A program made the translations under genes and the position numbers. A stretch of DNA of 64,000 nt, from assembly GCA_944358525.1 (NCBI GenBank), contig CALVRI010000003.1:4283-68282 (forward strand), written 5' to 3'. The DNA comes from an uncultured Bacilli bacterium. GTDB lineage: Bacteria > Bacillota_I > Bacilli_A > RF39 > UBA660. This document shows, one piece after another, positions 45,986 through 55,070 of this stretch (the stretch's first letter is position 1; every line of letters begins with the position of its first letter). The notes below the pieces were generated by a model. It made no database searches, was not told the origin of the DNA, and saw nothing but the letters and a program-made list of their open reading frames with translations.

Positions 45986-45994
45986 GCCGGTCAT
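45986..45994 (+). repeat. attR core (GC-n-GGTCAT shared with left junction)
   Basis: gccGGTCAT. From GGT (45989) onward the amidase reading frame resumes. Confidence 0.75.
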
Positions 45995-47155
45995 GGAGGA
46001 ACTGATCCTGGGGCTGTTAGTAGTTCTGGAGTACAAGAAAAAGATTTAACTTTAATGATAGCTCAGTATATGTATGAAGAATTTCAAAAAAGAGGAGTTC
46101 CAGTTACTTTAATTAGAAGTACTGATGAGACTATTTCACCAACAGATAGAGTAAATAGAGTGCTTGCGGCATATGGGGATAATCCTAATGTAGTTGTGAT
46201 TTCGAATCATATTAATGCAGCTGGATCTGGAATACAGGGGGCTGAAGGGGCTGAGGTTATATATGCTTTAAGAGATAATAGTGATTTAGCTTCTAATATT
46301 TTAACAGCTTTAGGTAATGCTGGACAAAAGATGAGAAAATTTTATCAAAGAAGACTTCCAAGTGATACATCTAAAGACTATTATTTTATGCATAGAAATA
46401 CTGGAAGTAATACTCATCCAGTTATAGTTGAATATGGTTTTATTGATAATCCAGAGGATTTAGCTAAAATACAAAATAACTATAAAGAATATGTTGATGC
46501 GGTTGTCGATGCAGTAATTGCGACTTATGAGGGAGAGACAATTCCATCTTTACCTGAAAGTGGTAATTATTATGTAGTACAAAGTGGAGATAGTTTATGG
46601 AAGATAGCCAATAAATATGGAATTACAGTTGATGAGCTTAAGAGTTTAAATGGTTTAACTAGTAATAATTTAAGTGTTGGACAGATTTTAGAAGTACCTG
46701 GTGGTTCTAGTAGTGGAACTTATACAGTAAAATCTGGAGATAGTTTATGGAAGATAGCTAATCAATATGGGTTAACAGTAGCTGAACTTAAAAATTTAAA
46801 TGGATTAACAAGTGATAATTTGAGTATAGGTCAGGTTTTAAAAATAAGTAATTCATCTAGTTCAAATAATTCTAATACTTATACAGTAAAAGCTGGAGAT
46901 AGTTTGTGGAATATTGCTAATAAATATGGAATTACAGTAAGTGAACTAAAAAATTTAAATGGTTTAACGAGTGATAATTTGAGTATAGGACAGATTTTAA
47001 AGGTTCCAAATGGCTTTAATACATATACAGTTAAAAGTGGAGACAGTTTATGGAGTATTGCAAATAGATATGGAATAACAGTTAATGAACTAAAAAATTT
47101 AAATGGTTTAACTAGTAATACTTTAATGATTGGTCAAGTTTTAAACTTACCATAA
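45989..47155 (+). pseudogene. 3' portion of N-acetylmuramoyl-L-alanine amidase (Amidase_3 domain + four LysM repeats), separated from its start by the ICE
   Basis: In frame with the tracked ORF 46055-47155. It reads GHGGTDPGAVSSSGVQEKDLTL..., then NHINA, EYGF, and four Y.V..GDSLW.IAN.YG.TV.ELK.LNGLTS..L..GQ.L units. Confidence 0.85.
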
Positions 47156-47172
47156 AAAAATAGGTATAAAAC

Positions 47173-48228
47173 CTATTTGATGTTTTTAACAAGGTCGAAT
47201 CTATATCCTTGTTTTTTCATGTTTTTAATAAAAGTATCTAGAGCTAGATAATTACCTTTATTTTTTGGATGCATTAAGTATATGGCTCCATTATGAACTC
47301 TTTTGGTAAGTTCATTTAAGGCCTTTTCTTTTGAAACGTCTTCTTTATAATCCAAATAATCAGCACTATAGAAATATGATTTGTAACCTAAATCTTTCAT
47401 AATTTGTAAGTCTCTATAACTCCATTCTCCTCTTGGATCTCGATAAACTTTTTCCATATTTTGTCCTGTAATTTTATAATATGTTTCTTCTACTTCTTTG
47501 ATTTCTTGAATGTATTTGTTAAAGTTTTCTTTTGTAGCAAGTTCAGGCATATTTAAATGATGGGAAGTATGGTTAGCTATAGTATGACCGGTTTCAGCCA
47601 TCTTTTTAATTAAATCTGCATTTTCTTCGATGAATTTTCGGCATAAGAAGAATGTAGCTTTAACATTATTTTGATTTAAAACATCGACAATTTCTTTGAC
47701 ATATGTCTCTAGTCCACCTTCATCAAAAGTAAGATATAAGACTTTTTCATCTGGTCCCATGAAGAAAGCATTATATTTTTTTAATTCATTGATATCAGCA
47801 CCTCCTGACGGTCTTTTACCATCTAATTTATTGTTACTCCACCAACCTCTAGTTTGGTTGTCAATTTTATCATATTCATCTTTATAAAATGGTGTTTTGT
47901 TTTCTATTACTTTAATAAATCTATGAGCTTTGGCTATTTCTCCTTTTGAATTAACTACAGTGTATATTAGTTCGTAAGTGCCGGTTTTGTCTGTGGAAAT
48001 CTGATTATTTATTTTAACTTTATCTGTAATATCACCATCTTTAGGATCTGTTGCTTTATAGCCGGGTTCTTTATAAGTTTGTCCTTGATATAAGGTTATA
48101 ATATTTTTTCCAGACAAAGTAATAGTTGGTATGTTTATTTTATGTATATTTATAAATTTTAAATAAATAATTAGTGCTATTAAAATGAATAATATAAAGG
48201 TTATTATAAATTTTATTTTTTTTGTCAT
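47173..48228 (-). CDS. polysaccharide deacetylase (NodB domain) with N-terminal TM anchor and Ig-like domain
   Basis: LTFDEGG, HTIANHTSHH and RDPRGEW NodB motifs. The preceding GQTYKEPGYKATDPKDGDIT...GTYELIYTV is an Ig-like (DUF5011-type) module. Confidence 0.75.
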   Translation of the reverse strand: MTKKIKFIITFILFILIALIIYLKFINIHKINIPTITLSGKNIITLYQGQTYKEPGYKATDPKDGDITDKVKINNQISTDKTGTYELIYTVVNSKGEIAKAHRFIKVIENKTPFYKDEYDKIDNQTRGWWSNNKLDGKRPSGGADINELKKYNAFFMGPDEKVLYLTFDEGGLETYVKEIVDVLNQNNVKATFFLCRKFIEENADLIKKMAETGHTIANHTSHHLNMPELATKENFNKYIQEIKEVEETYYKITGQNMEKVYRDPRGEWSYRDLQIMKDLGYKSYFYSADYLDYKEDVSKEKALNELTKRVHNGAIYLMHPKNKGNYLALDTFIKNMKKQGYRFDLVKNIK

Positions 48229-48332
48229 TTTTTCACCTCACAACATTATACTAAATATGTTTTTGAAATATGAAGTTAATAATTGTACTTTTTGAAAAAG
48301 TAATATATAATTAATGTAGGAGGAATAGGGGT

Positions 48333-49709
48333 ATGAAAATAACAAATAAAATTAATCCAGCAATTTTTAGAGAATATGATGTTAGAGGTATCGCTTATGA
48401 TGATATTGATGAAGATGTAGCTTATACTATTGGTAGAGCATTTGGATGTTATGTACGTGAACTTGGTGAGAGTAAGGTTATTTTAGGTCATGATAATAGA
48501 GATAGTTACCATGTAATTTATCCAGCTTTGGTGCAAGGAATTATAGATAGTGGGGTGAATGTACTTAGTTTAGGATTGGTAACAACACCGATGCATAATT
48601 TTGCAAAGATATATTATGATATAAATGCGGGTATTATGGTAACGGCCAGTCATAATTCTAAAGAATATAATGGATTTAAAATGTCAGTTAAAAAAGAGGA
48701 TTCTTTGTATGGCGATGATTTGCAAGCTTTTAAACATTATTTAGATTGTTATGATTTTAAAAGTGGTAAAGGTACTGTTATAACTGAAGATGTATTTCCG
48801 GCTTATTTGAATAATTTGAGAAAATCTTTGAATTTTGGTAAAAGAAAAGTTAAAGTAGTAGTGGATTGTGGCAATGGCACAGGTAGTCTATTTATTGAAA
48901 ATATTTTAAAAGAGTTTGATTTAGAATTTAAACTTTTATACTCTGAAAGTGATTGTAATTTTCCAAATCATATTCCAGATCCAGCAGTTAAAAATAATTT
49001 ACATGATCTAGGTGAAATGGTGAAAGATTTAGGTTATGATTTAGGTGTGGCTATTGATGGTGATACAGATAGGTGTGGTATGGTTTTAGAAGATGGATCT
49101 TTTGTCTCAGCTGATATGATTATGATTTTATTTTATAGGGCTTTAGCTAGTCAAATGAAAATTAGAAAAGGTGTATTTGATGTTAAGTGTTCTATGAGTT
49201 TAATTGATGAAATTGAGAAGCTTGGTTTAAAACCTTGTATGAATAGAACAGGCAGTGTTTATTGTAGAAGTTATGTTAAGGATAATGATTTGGACTTTGG
49301 TGGAGAATATTCTGGACATTTATTTTTTAGAGATAGATATTTAGGTTTTGATGATGGTATTTATGGAATACTTAGAATTATTGAATTACTTTCACATAGT
49401 GATAAAAAGATTAGTGAATTTTTTGAAGGAATTAATCATTATTATTCTACTGAGGAAATAAAAATTAGGGTTACTGATGATAATAAGTTTGATATTGTGA
49501 GAGGTGTTATTGAATATACTAAGAATAAAAAATATGCATTTTCTTTAGTTGATGGTATTAGGGTTACTTTTGATGATGGCTGGGCTTTAGTTAGAGCAAG
49601 TAATACAGGTCCAGATTTAACAGTTAGATTTGAAGCTAAGACTGAAAAAAGATTGAAAGAAATTCAAAATGAATTTATAAGTTTAATTGATGAAATAAAG
49701 GGGATGTAG
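48333..49709 (+). CDS. phosphomannomutase/phosphoglucomutase family enzyme
   Basis: Active-site loop GIMVTASHNSKEYNGFK, metal loop AIDGDTDR, and GGEYSGH. Confidence 0.85.
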   Translation: MKITNKINPAIFREYDVRGIAYDDIDEDVAYTIGRAFGCYVRELGESKVILGHDNRDSYHVIYPALVQGIIDSGVNVLSLGLVTTPMHNFAKIYYDINAGIMVTASHNSKEYNGFKMSVKKEDSLYGDDLQAFKHYLDCYDFKSGKGTVITEDVFPAYLNNLRKSLNFGKRKVKVVVDCGNGTGSLFIENILKEFDLEFKLLYSESDCNFPNHIPDPAVKNNLHDLGEMVKDLGYDLGVAIDGDTDRCGMVLEDGSFVSADMIMILFYRALASQMKIRKGVFDVKCSMSLIDEIEKLGLKPCMNRTGSVYCRSYVKDNDLDFGGEYSGHLFFRDRYLGFDDGIYGILRIIELLSHSDKKISEFFEGINHYYSTEEIKIRVTDDNKFDIVRGVIEYTKNKKYAFSLVDGIRVTFDDGWALVRASNTGPDLTVRFEAKTEKRLKEIQNEFISLIDEIKGM

Positions 49710-49713
49710 TTTT

Positions 49714-49911
49714 ATGAAAAGAGATATTATATCTACTCCTTGGTCTGATTTACCTATTAGTAAAGGAGAAGGAAAAAATCTTGGAAAGAATATTAGAAGA
49801 AGTCCTTTAAAATATAGTTTATGTGATGTTAGAATTAGAATGGGACTATTTTGCACTGAAGAAGAGGTAATGGAAAGACGAGAGAAAATAAGGAAAAAGA
49901 AATTACCATAA
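49714..49911 (+). CDS. hypothetical 65-aa basic protein
   Basis: AAGGGGA RBS, immediately downstream of the mutase gene. Confidence 0.35.
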   Translation: MKRDIISTPWSDLPISKGEGKNLGKNIRRSPLKYSLCDVRIRMGLFCTEEEVMERREKIRKKKLP

Positions 49912-49952
49912 AATATTGAAAATTATATATAAATATTATATAATTTTTATAT

Positions 49953-50026
49953 GCCGCAATAGTATAAAGGTATTACGAGGCCATGGTAAGGCTTTAATCG
50001 GCGTTCGATTCTCCGTTGCGGCACCA
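49953..50026 (+). tRNA. tRNA, probably tRNA-Thr (anticodon GGT), CCA encoded
   Basis: Hand-folded cloverleaf: acceptor GCCGCAA/TTGCGGC, anticodon arm AGGCC-ATGGTAA-GGCTT, T-loop TTCGATT. There is one C:T mismatch in the T stem and a weak D stem. Confidence 0.7.
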
Positions 50027-50066
50027 TAGAATAATTAGCTTAAATTTATTGAGCTTTCTGTATATA

Positions 50067-50116
50067 AAAATCAAGGGTTATTCAAAATTTAAATTTTGTT
50101 TACCCTTGATTTTGAT
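50067..50116. terminator. hairpin terminator between tRNA and convergent membrane-protein gene
   Basis: aaaatcaagggt (50067-50078) pairs with acccttgatttt (50102-50113). T/A runs on both sides suggest bidirectional function. Confidence 0.5.
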
Positions 50117-50246
50117 TATTCAATATTTTAAAATGTTTTATTATAATGTTATTTTTTTGTGTTAAAAATAGTATTTTACTTTTTTGACTTTTAGAAAAGA
50201 GAAATGGTAGGTTTCTAAAAAGTGAAATGATTGAATATTAATATAT

Positions 50247-50879
50247 TTAAAAATATAAATATTTAAAGCCTATTTTTTTATAGATTGTGGATGCTCTTGG
50301 AAGTGAAAATAGATCGGCAAATATTAAATTATAAATTTCATCTGCTAAGAATATAAAGCATAAGGTATAACTGATTATTAAAAAAAGTTTTTTATTTAGA
50401 TGGGTTGCTAGATAAAAACAAAGTGGAACGATTATATACATTAAAAGTAAGCTTGATATACCAAATATTAAAACACTTCTTAAACATACATATCCATTAA
50501 TGTTTCCAAAATTTAATATTTCTTTATTATAATCCCAACATTTGACAGTATTTATGTTTTCCATATACCAACCACCAATGTATTCTAGTATACCGCTTGC
50601 AACAACACTTATTAAGAAAATATATAATGGGTGTTTTCTTTTTTTATAGGTTAGAAAAAAGATTGTTACTGCTCCTATAGCATATATGTTTATCCATGGT
50701 AGAAAATTGCCACCTCGCCAATAAAACTCTTTCATACCACTATTAAAGAAATAAAAAATAAATTCATATAACCAGCCAAATATTCCTGATATTACAATTA
50801 TTAAACAGATTATTCCAAGTAGTGTTGCTTTATCAAAGTTGTAGTCATTATTTAAATAATTTTTAAATTTTTCTTTCAT
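50247..50879 (-). CDS. polytopic membrane protein (CmpB/putative ABC-transporter type IV-like)
   Basis: 210 aa with about 6 TM helices. GWLYEFIFYF...WRGGNFLPW resembles PF06541-type proteins as I recall them. Confidence 0.45.
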   Translation of the reverse strand: MKEKFKNYLNNDYNFDKATLLGIICLIIVISGIFGWLYEFIFYFFNSGMKEFYWRGGNFLPWINIYAIGAVTIFFLTYKKRKHPLYIFLISVVASGILEYIGGWYMENINTVKCWDYNKEILNFGNINGYVCLRSVLIFGISSLLLMYIIVPLCFYLATHLNKKLFLIISYTLCFIFLADEIYNLIFADLFSLPRASTIYKKIGFKYLYF

Positions 50880-51028
50880 AAAAAACTCACATCCATTTAT
50901 ATTGTATCAGAAAAGTTATGGGTAGTACTATTTTTGATAAATATTTATGTACTTCTTTACATTAAAGTATCATCATGATATAGTAATTAATGAAGATAAG
51001 TGTAAATAATTGAAGAAAAGGTGGGTTT

Positions 51029-51967
51029 ATGATTAAGGTTTTTAAAAGTGAATTAGATAAAGTGAGTTTATGTGAACAGATTGAAAAAAATAGTTGGATT
51101 GATTTAATAAACCCGACAGAGGAAGAAGTAAAAAAAATTTCTACTATTTGCGAAATAAAATCTTCTATTATTATGCAGGTTTTAGTAGAAAAAGAGTTTC
51201 CAAGAGTTAGAAAATTTGATGGAGGAACTTTAGTTGTAATAGATGTTCCTTATATGAAAGATAGGAGCATTAAAAATAAATATGTTACATATCCTTTAGG
51301 AATTATTATATGCGATAGTCATTTTATAGTAACTGTCTCTTTAGTAGAACATGAGTGTTTAAAGAAATTTAAACAAGGAGATGTAGATAATTTTGATATT
51401 TCTAAGAGAATACGTTTTTTATTACAAATCATTTTTAATTCCGCAGAAGCATATCTATATACTTTAGATTCGTTAGAATATGATATTAAGAAGGTTGAAA
51501 AACATACTTATCATTCGACTAATAATAAGCAACTTTTGAATTTTTTAAATATTCAAAAATCACTTGTTTATTTTATTACATCTTTGAGGGCTAATAGTAC
51601 TGTGCTTGAGAGATTACAAAAAGAAGATATTATTCCTTTAAGTAAAGAAGAAAAAATTCTTTTGGAAGATACAATCATAGAAAATAAACAATGTATTGAA
51701 AATTGTGCGATATCTAGAGAAATTTTGTCTTCAACAATTGATGCTTATGGAACTATTATTTCTAATAATTTGAATGTTATTGTGAAGTTTTTAACAGCAA
51801 TTACTATTGTATTTTCTGTTCCAACTATGATTGCTTCTTTTTTGGGTATGAATGTACCGCTTGGTATTATTGGTGAAAGTGATTATTCATTTCTATTTAT
51901 TTGTATTATTTCATTTATTGTTTCACTTATTTTGGCTTGGTGGCTTAAGAAAAGAGATATGCTTTAA
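51029..51967 (+). CDS. corA: CorA-family magnesium/cobalt transporter
   Basis: The C-terminus has two TM helices joined by the signature FLGMNVP (GMN motif). Confidence 0.85.
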   Translation: MIKVFKSELDKVSLCEQIEKNSWIDLINPTEEEVKKISTICEIKSSIIMQVLVEKEFPRVRKFDGGTLVVIDVPYMKDRSIKNKYVTYPLGIIICDSHFIVTVSLVEHECLKKFKQGDVDNFDISKRIRFLLQIIFNSAEAYLYTLDSLEYDIKKVEKHTYHSTNNKQLLNFLNIQKSLVYFITSLRANSTVLERLQKEDIIPLSKEEKILLEDTIIENKQCIENCAISREILSSTIDAYGTIISNNLNVIVKFLTAITIVFSVPTMIASFLGMNVPLGIIGESDYSFLFICIISFIVSLILAWWLKKRDML

Positions 51968-52052
51968 TGAATGTGTTAAGTATATGTCTTTTTTTGTTTG
52001 TTTTTATGTTTTTTTAATTTATATGTGTTATGATAAGTATGAAAGGTAGGTA

Positions 52053-52802
52053 ATGAAAATGTTACAAGGTAAAGTAGCCATTGTTACAGGTGGTACTAGA
52101 GGTATTGGATTTGCTATTGTTAAGAAGTTTTTAGATAATGGTGCCAAAGTAGTTTTATTCGGGACTAAAGAAGAGTCTGTTCAAAATGCTTTGATTAAAT
52201 TAAAAGGAGAAAATCCTGGGTATGAAGTTATGGGAATGCATCCTGATATAACTAATATGAAAGAAGTGGAAAAAGCTTTTGCGGAAGTTAAAAATAGATA
52301 TGGAAAAATTGATATTGTAGTAAATAATGCTGGAATTTCTGCTAGAGATAGTTTATATAATTATACAGAAGAAGCTTTTGATAAGATTATTGATTTAAAT
52401 GTTAAAGCTGTGTTTAATTGCTCTAAAGTAGGAGCTTTATATATGAAACAGCAAGGTGGCGGAGTTATTTTAAATACTAGTTCAATGGTTAGTATTTATG
52501 GACAAGCTGCAGGATGTGGATATCCAGCAAGTAAGTTTGCGGTTAATGGTTTGACTAAGTCTTTGGCTAGAGAACTTGGCAAAGATCATATTAGGGTAAA
52601 TGCGGTAGCCCCTGGTGTTATTCACACTGATATGGTAGATGCTTTGCCAGAAGAGATGATTAAACCGATTATTGCTTCTATTCCGATTGGTAGAATGGGT
52701 GAACCTGAAGATGTTGCAAATGCGTTTCTCTTTTTAGCAAGTGATATGGCTAGTTTTGTTACGGGAGCTATTTTATCAGTTGATGGGGCTGGAATGTGTT
52801 AA
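52053..52802 (+). CDS. short-chain dehydrogenase/reductase (FabG-like)
   Basis: TGGTRGIG, NNAG, and the catalytic Y-x3-K in GYPASK. Confidence 0.8.
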   Translation: MKMLQGKVAIVTGGTRGIGFAIVKKFLDNGAKVVLFGTKEESVQNALIKLKGENPGYEVMGMHPDITNMKEVEKAFAEVKNRYGKIDIVVNNAGISARDSLYNYTEEAFDKIIDLNVKAVFNCSKVGALYMKQQGGGVILNTSSMVSIYGQAAGCGYPASKFAVNGLTKSLARELGKDHIRVNAVAPGVIHTDMVDALPEEMIKPIIASIPIGRMGEPEDVANAFLFLASDMASFVTGAILSVDGAGMC

Positions 52803-52819
52803 AAATTAGATGTTTTATA

Positions 52820-52873
52820 TTGACATCTTTTTTTATATATTGTAATATGTTTATATGAACAGATATTCATATA
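52820..52873 (+). promoter_or_regulatory. promoter plus 8-6-8 inverted repeat (candidate ArsR/SmtB operator)
   Basis: TTGACA (52820-52825), 17 nt, TAATAT (52843-52848), then tatatgaa-cagata-ttcatata (52852-52873) just before the RBS. Confidence 0.55.
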
Positions 52874-52888
52874 ATAGGAGTGATTAAA

Positions 52889-53191
52889 ATGTATAGTAAA
52901 GAGTTTTTAGGAGGACTTGCAGAATTTTTTAAGATTTTTGCGGATGAAACAAGACTTCGTATTTTAGATTTGTTAGTGTCTGGTGAGAAGTGTGTGAATG
53001 AAATATCGGAAAAGTTAGATGTTAGTCAATCGGCTGTTTCTCATCAATTAAAAACACTTAGAGGTTCTAATTTAGTTAAAGCGAATAAAGTTGGGCAAAC
53101 GGTAAATTATAGTATTATCGATGAACATATTTCTATTATTTTGAAATATGGAATAGAACACTTAAAGGAGAAGATTAATGATGAAAATTAA
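52889..53191 (+). CDS. ArsR/SmtB-family metalloregulator
   Basis: LAEFFKIFADETRLRILDLL..GEKCVNEISEKLDVSQSAVSHQLKTLR is the canonical winged-HTH of the family. Confidence 0.85.
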   Translation: MYSKEFLGGLAEFFKIFADETRLRILDLLVSGEKCVNEISEKLDVSQSAVSHQLKTLRGSNLVKANKVGQTVNYSIIDEHISIILKYGIEHLKEKINDEN

Positions 53192-55007
53192 ATTAAATAG
53201 TGATTTAATTAAAATTATAATAAGTGCGATTTTGTTTGTTATATCTTTGTTTTTTAAAGATAATATTTATTTAATACTTTTGGTATGTAGTTATTTGGTG
53301 GTTTCATATGAAATTTTTATAGATGCGGTTAAAAAAATATTTCAAGGTGAGATTTTTGATGAAAATACATTGATGATTATTGCAACTATAAGTGCTTTTA
53401 TAATTGGAGAATATCCAGAGGCAGTTATGGTAATGCTTTTATTTGAGTTTGGTGAATATTTATCTGATTTAGCTGTTGATAATTCTAAAGAGTCAATTAC
53501 TAAACTGATGGATTTACGCAGTGATTATGTGAATTTGAAAAATGGTGATGAGATAGAGAAGGTAGATATTAAGAAAGCTAGAGTTGGTGATTTGTTTTTA
53601 GTTAAACCTGGTGAGAAAGTACCTTTAGATGGGGTGATAGTGAGTGGTAATACATCTTTAGATACATCTAGTTTAACAGGTGAGAGTATACCTAAAGAAG
53701 TTAATGTTGGCGATAGTGTATTAAGTGGATTTGTGAATGGTAGTGGACTTATTACAGTAAAAGCTACAAGTGAATTTAGTAATTCTACAGCCAGTAAAAT
53801 TATAAATATGCTTGAAAATTCTAATGAAAAGAAAACTAAAGCAGAAAAGTTTATTACTAGGTTTTCTAAAATATATACTCCGATTGTAGTTTTGCTTGCT
53901 GTTTTACTTGTTTTAATTCCTATGTTATTAGGCGGGAATTTTAACGAATGGTTTTACAAGGCTTTAGTATTTTTAGTTACAGCATGCCCTTGTGCTTTGG
54001 TTATATCTGTGCCACTTGGATTTTTTTGCGGAGTTGGTAGAGCTAGTAGAGAAGGTATTTTAATTAAAAGTAGTAATGGTTTAGATAGTTTGAATAAATT
54101 GGAGACAATTATTTTTGATAAGACAGGAACAATTACTGAGGGTAAGTTTGAAGTAAGGGATATAGTTAGTAATGGTGTTTCTAAAGAAGAATTATTGAAA
54201 TATGCGGCTTATTTAGAGTATTATTCAAATCATCCAATTGCTTTATCAATAGTCAAAGCTTATAACGATAAAATTGATGAAAGTGAAATTAAAGATTATA
54301 AAGAGTTAAGTGGTCAAGGTGTTAAAGGGATAGTATTTTCAAAAAAATTAATGATAGGTAGTGAAAATTTATTTAGTAAGGAAGGTATTATTGTTCCTAA
54401 TGTTAAGACTTTTGGCACAGTTGTTTATGTAATTTGTGATGATAAATATATAGGTTATTTAGTTATTGGAGATAAGATTAAGGAGTCTGCTAATAATTTA
54501 GTAAATAATCTTAAGAAGATAGGAATTAATAGAACTGTAATGCTTTCTGGCGATAATAAGAATATTGTTCGTGAAGTGGCAAATAAAGTTAATATAGATG
54601 AGTATTATGCTGAATTACTTCCTATAGATAAGGTTGAAAAGTTAAAAGAAATTAAAAAAACAACATTTACGGCTTTTGTTGGTGATGGGATAAATGATGC
54701 TCCTGTTATCAAAGAGGCTGATTTGGGTATTTCAATGGGTTCTATTGGAAGTGATGCAGCAATTGAAGCTTCTGATGTAGTACTTATGCATGATAATTTA
54801 TCTAAAATTGTAGTAGCTATAAAAATTGCTAAGGTTACTCAAAGTATTGTTAAATTTAATATTGTATTTGCTTTAGGATTTAAGTTATTGATGCTTGTTT
54901 TAGCAACCTTTGGTTTTGCGAGTATTTGGATGGCTGTTTTTGCAGATGTTGGAGTAACTTTACTTGCGGTTTTAAATTCTTTAAGAATAATGAAAATTCA
55001 AATTTAA
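53178..55007 (+). CDS. heavy-metal-translocating P1B-type ATPase (Cd/Zn/Co type), no N-terminal metal-binding domain
   Basis: TGES, the TM CPC motif (TACPCALVIS), DKTGTIT, and VGDGINDAP. Confidence 0.85.
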   Translation: MMKIKLNSDLIKIIISAILFVISLFFKDNIYLILLVCSYLVVSYEIFIDAVKKIFQGEIFDENTLMIIATISAFIIGEYPEAVMVMLLFEFGEYLSDLAVDNSKESITKLMDLRSDYVNLKNGDEIEKVDIKKARVGDLFLVKPGEKVPLDGVIVSGNTSLDTSSLTGESIPKEVNVGDSVLSGFVNGSGLITVKATSEFSNSTASKIINMLENSNEKKTKAEKFITRFSKIYTPIVVLLAVLLVLIPMLLGGNFNEWFYKALVFLVTACPCALVISVPLGFFCGVGRASREGILIKSSNGLDSLNKLETIIFDKTGTITEGKFEVRDIVSNGVSKEELLKYAAYLEYYSNHPIALSIVKAYNDKIDESEIKDYKELSGQGVKGIVFSKKLMIGSENLFSKEGIIVPNVKTFGTVVYVICDDKYIGYLVIGDKIKESANNLVNNLKKIGINRTVMLSGDNKNIVREVANKVNIDEYYAELLPIDKVEKLKEIKKTTFTAFVGDGINDAPVIKEADLGISMGSIGSDAAIEASDVVLMHDNLSKIVVAIKIAKVTQSIVKFNIVFALGFKLLMLVLATFGFASIWMAVFADVGVTLLAVLNSLRIMKIQI

Positions 55008-55070
55008 AAAGTTTGAATTTTTTTCTATTTAAAAAAGGAATTTTAATTTTTCATCGTATGTTTTATATAG

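Larger units (their letters stand above)
2193..45988. mobile_element. Integrative conjugative element (about 43.8 kb) with Tn1549/CTn-like T4SS backbone and large serine recombinase
   Basis: Bounded by the two halves of one amidase gene with a shared GGTCAT core. Contains ParAB, MobC plus a MOBP-type relaxase, coupling protein, VirB4-like ATPase, PrgI, Maff2, CHAP hydrolase, and a serine recombinase ending 24 nt from the right junction. Confidence 0.85.

Noticed and set aside
46055-47155. The tracked ATG at 46055 as the genuine start of an intact LysM amidase gene.
   Set aside because: The frame is open upstream to 45989 and there encodes GHGGTDPGAVSSSGVQEKDLTL. This is the essential N-terminal zinc-ligand region of Amidase_3, and its preceding residues are found at 2157-2192. 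A protein starting at 46055 would lack this motif and any signal or leader.
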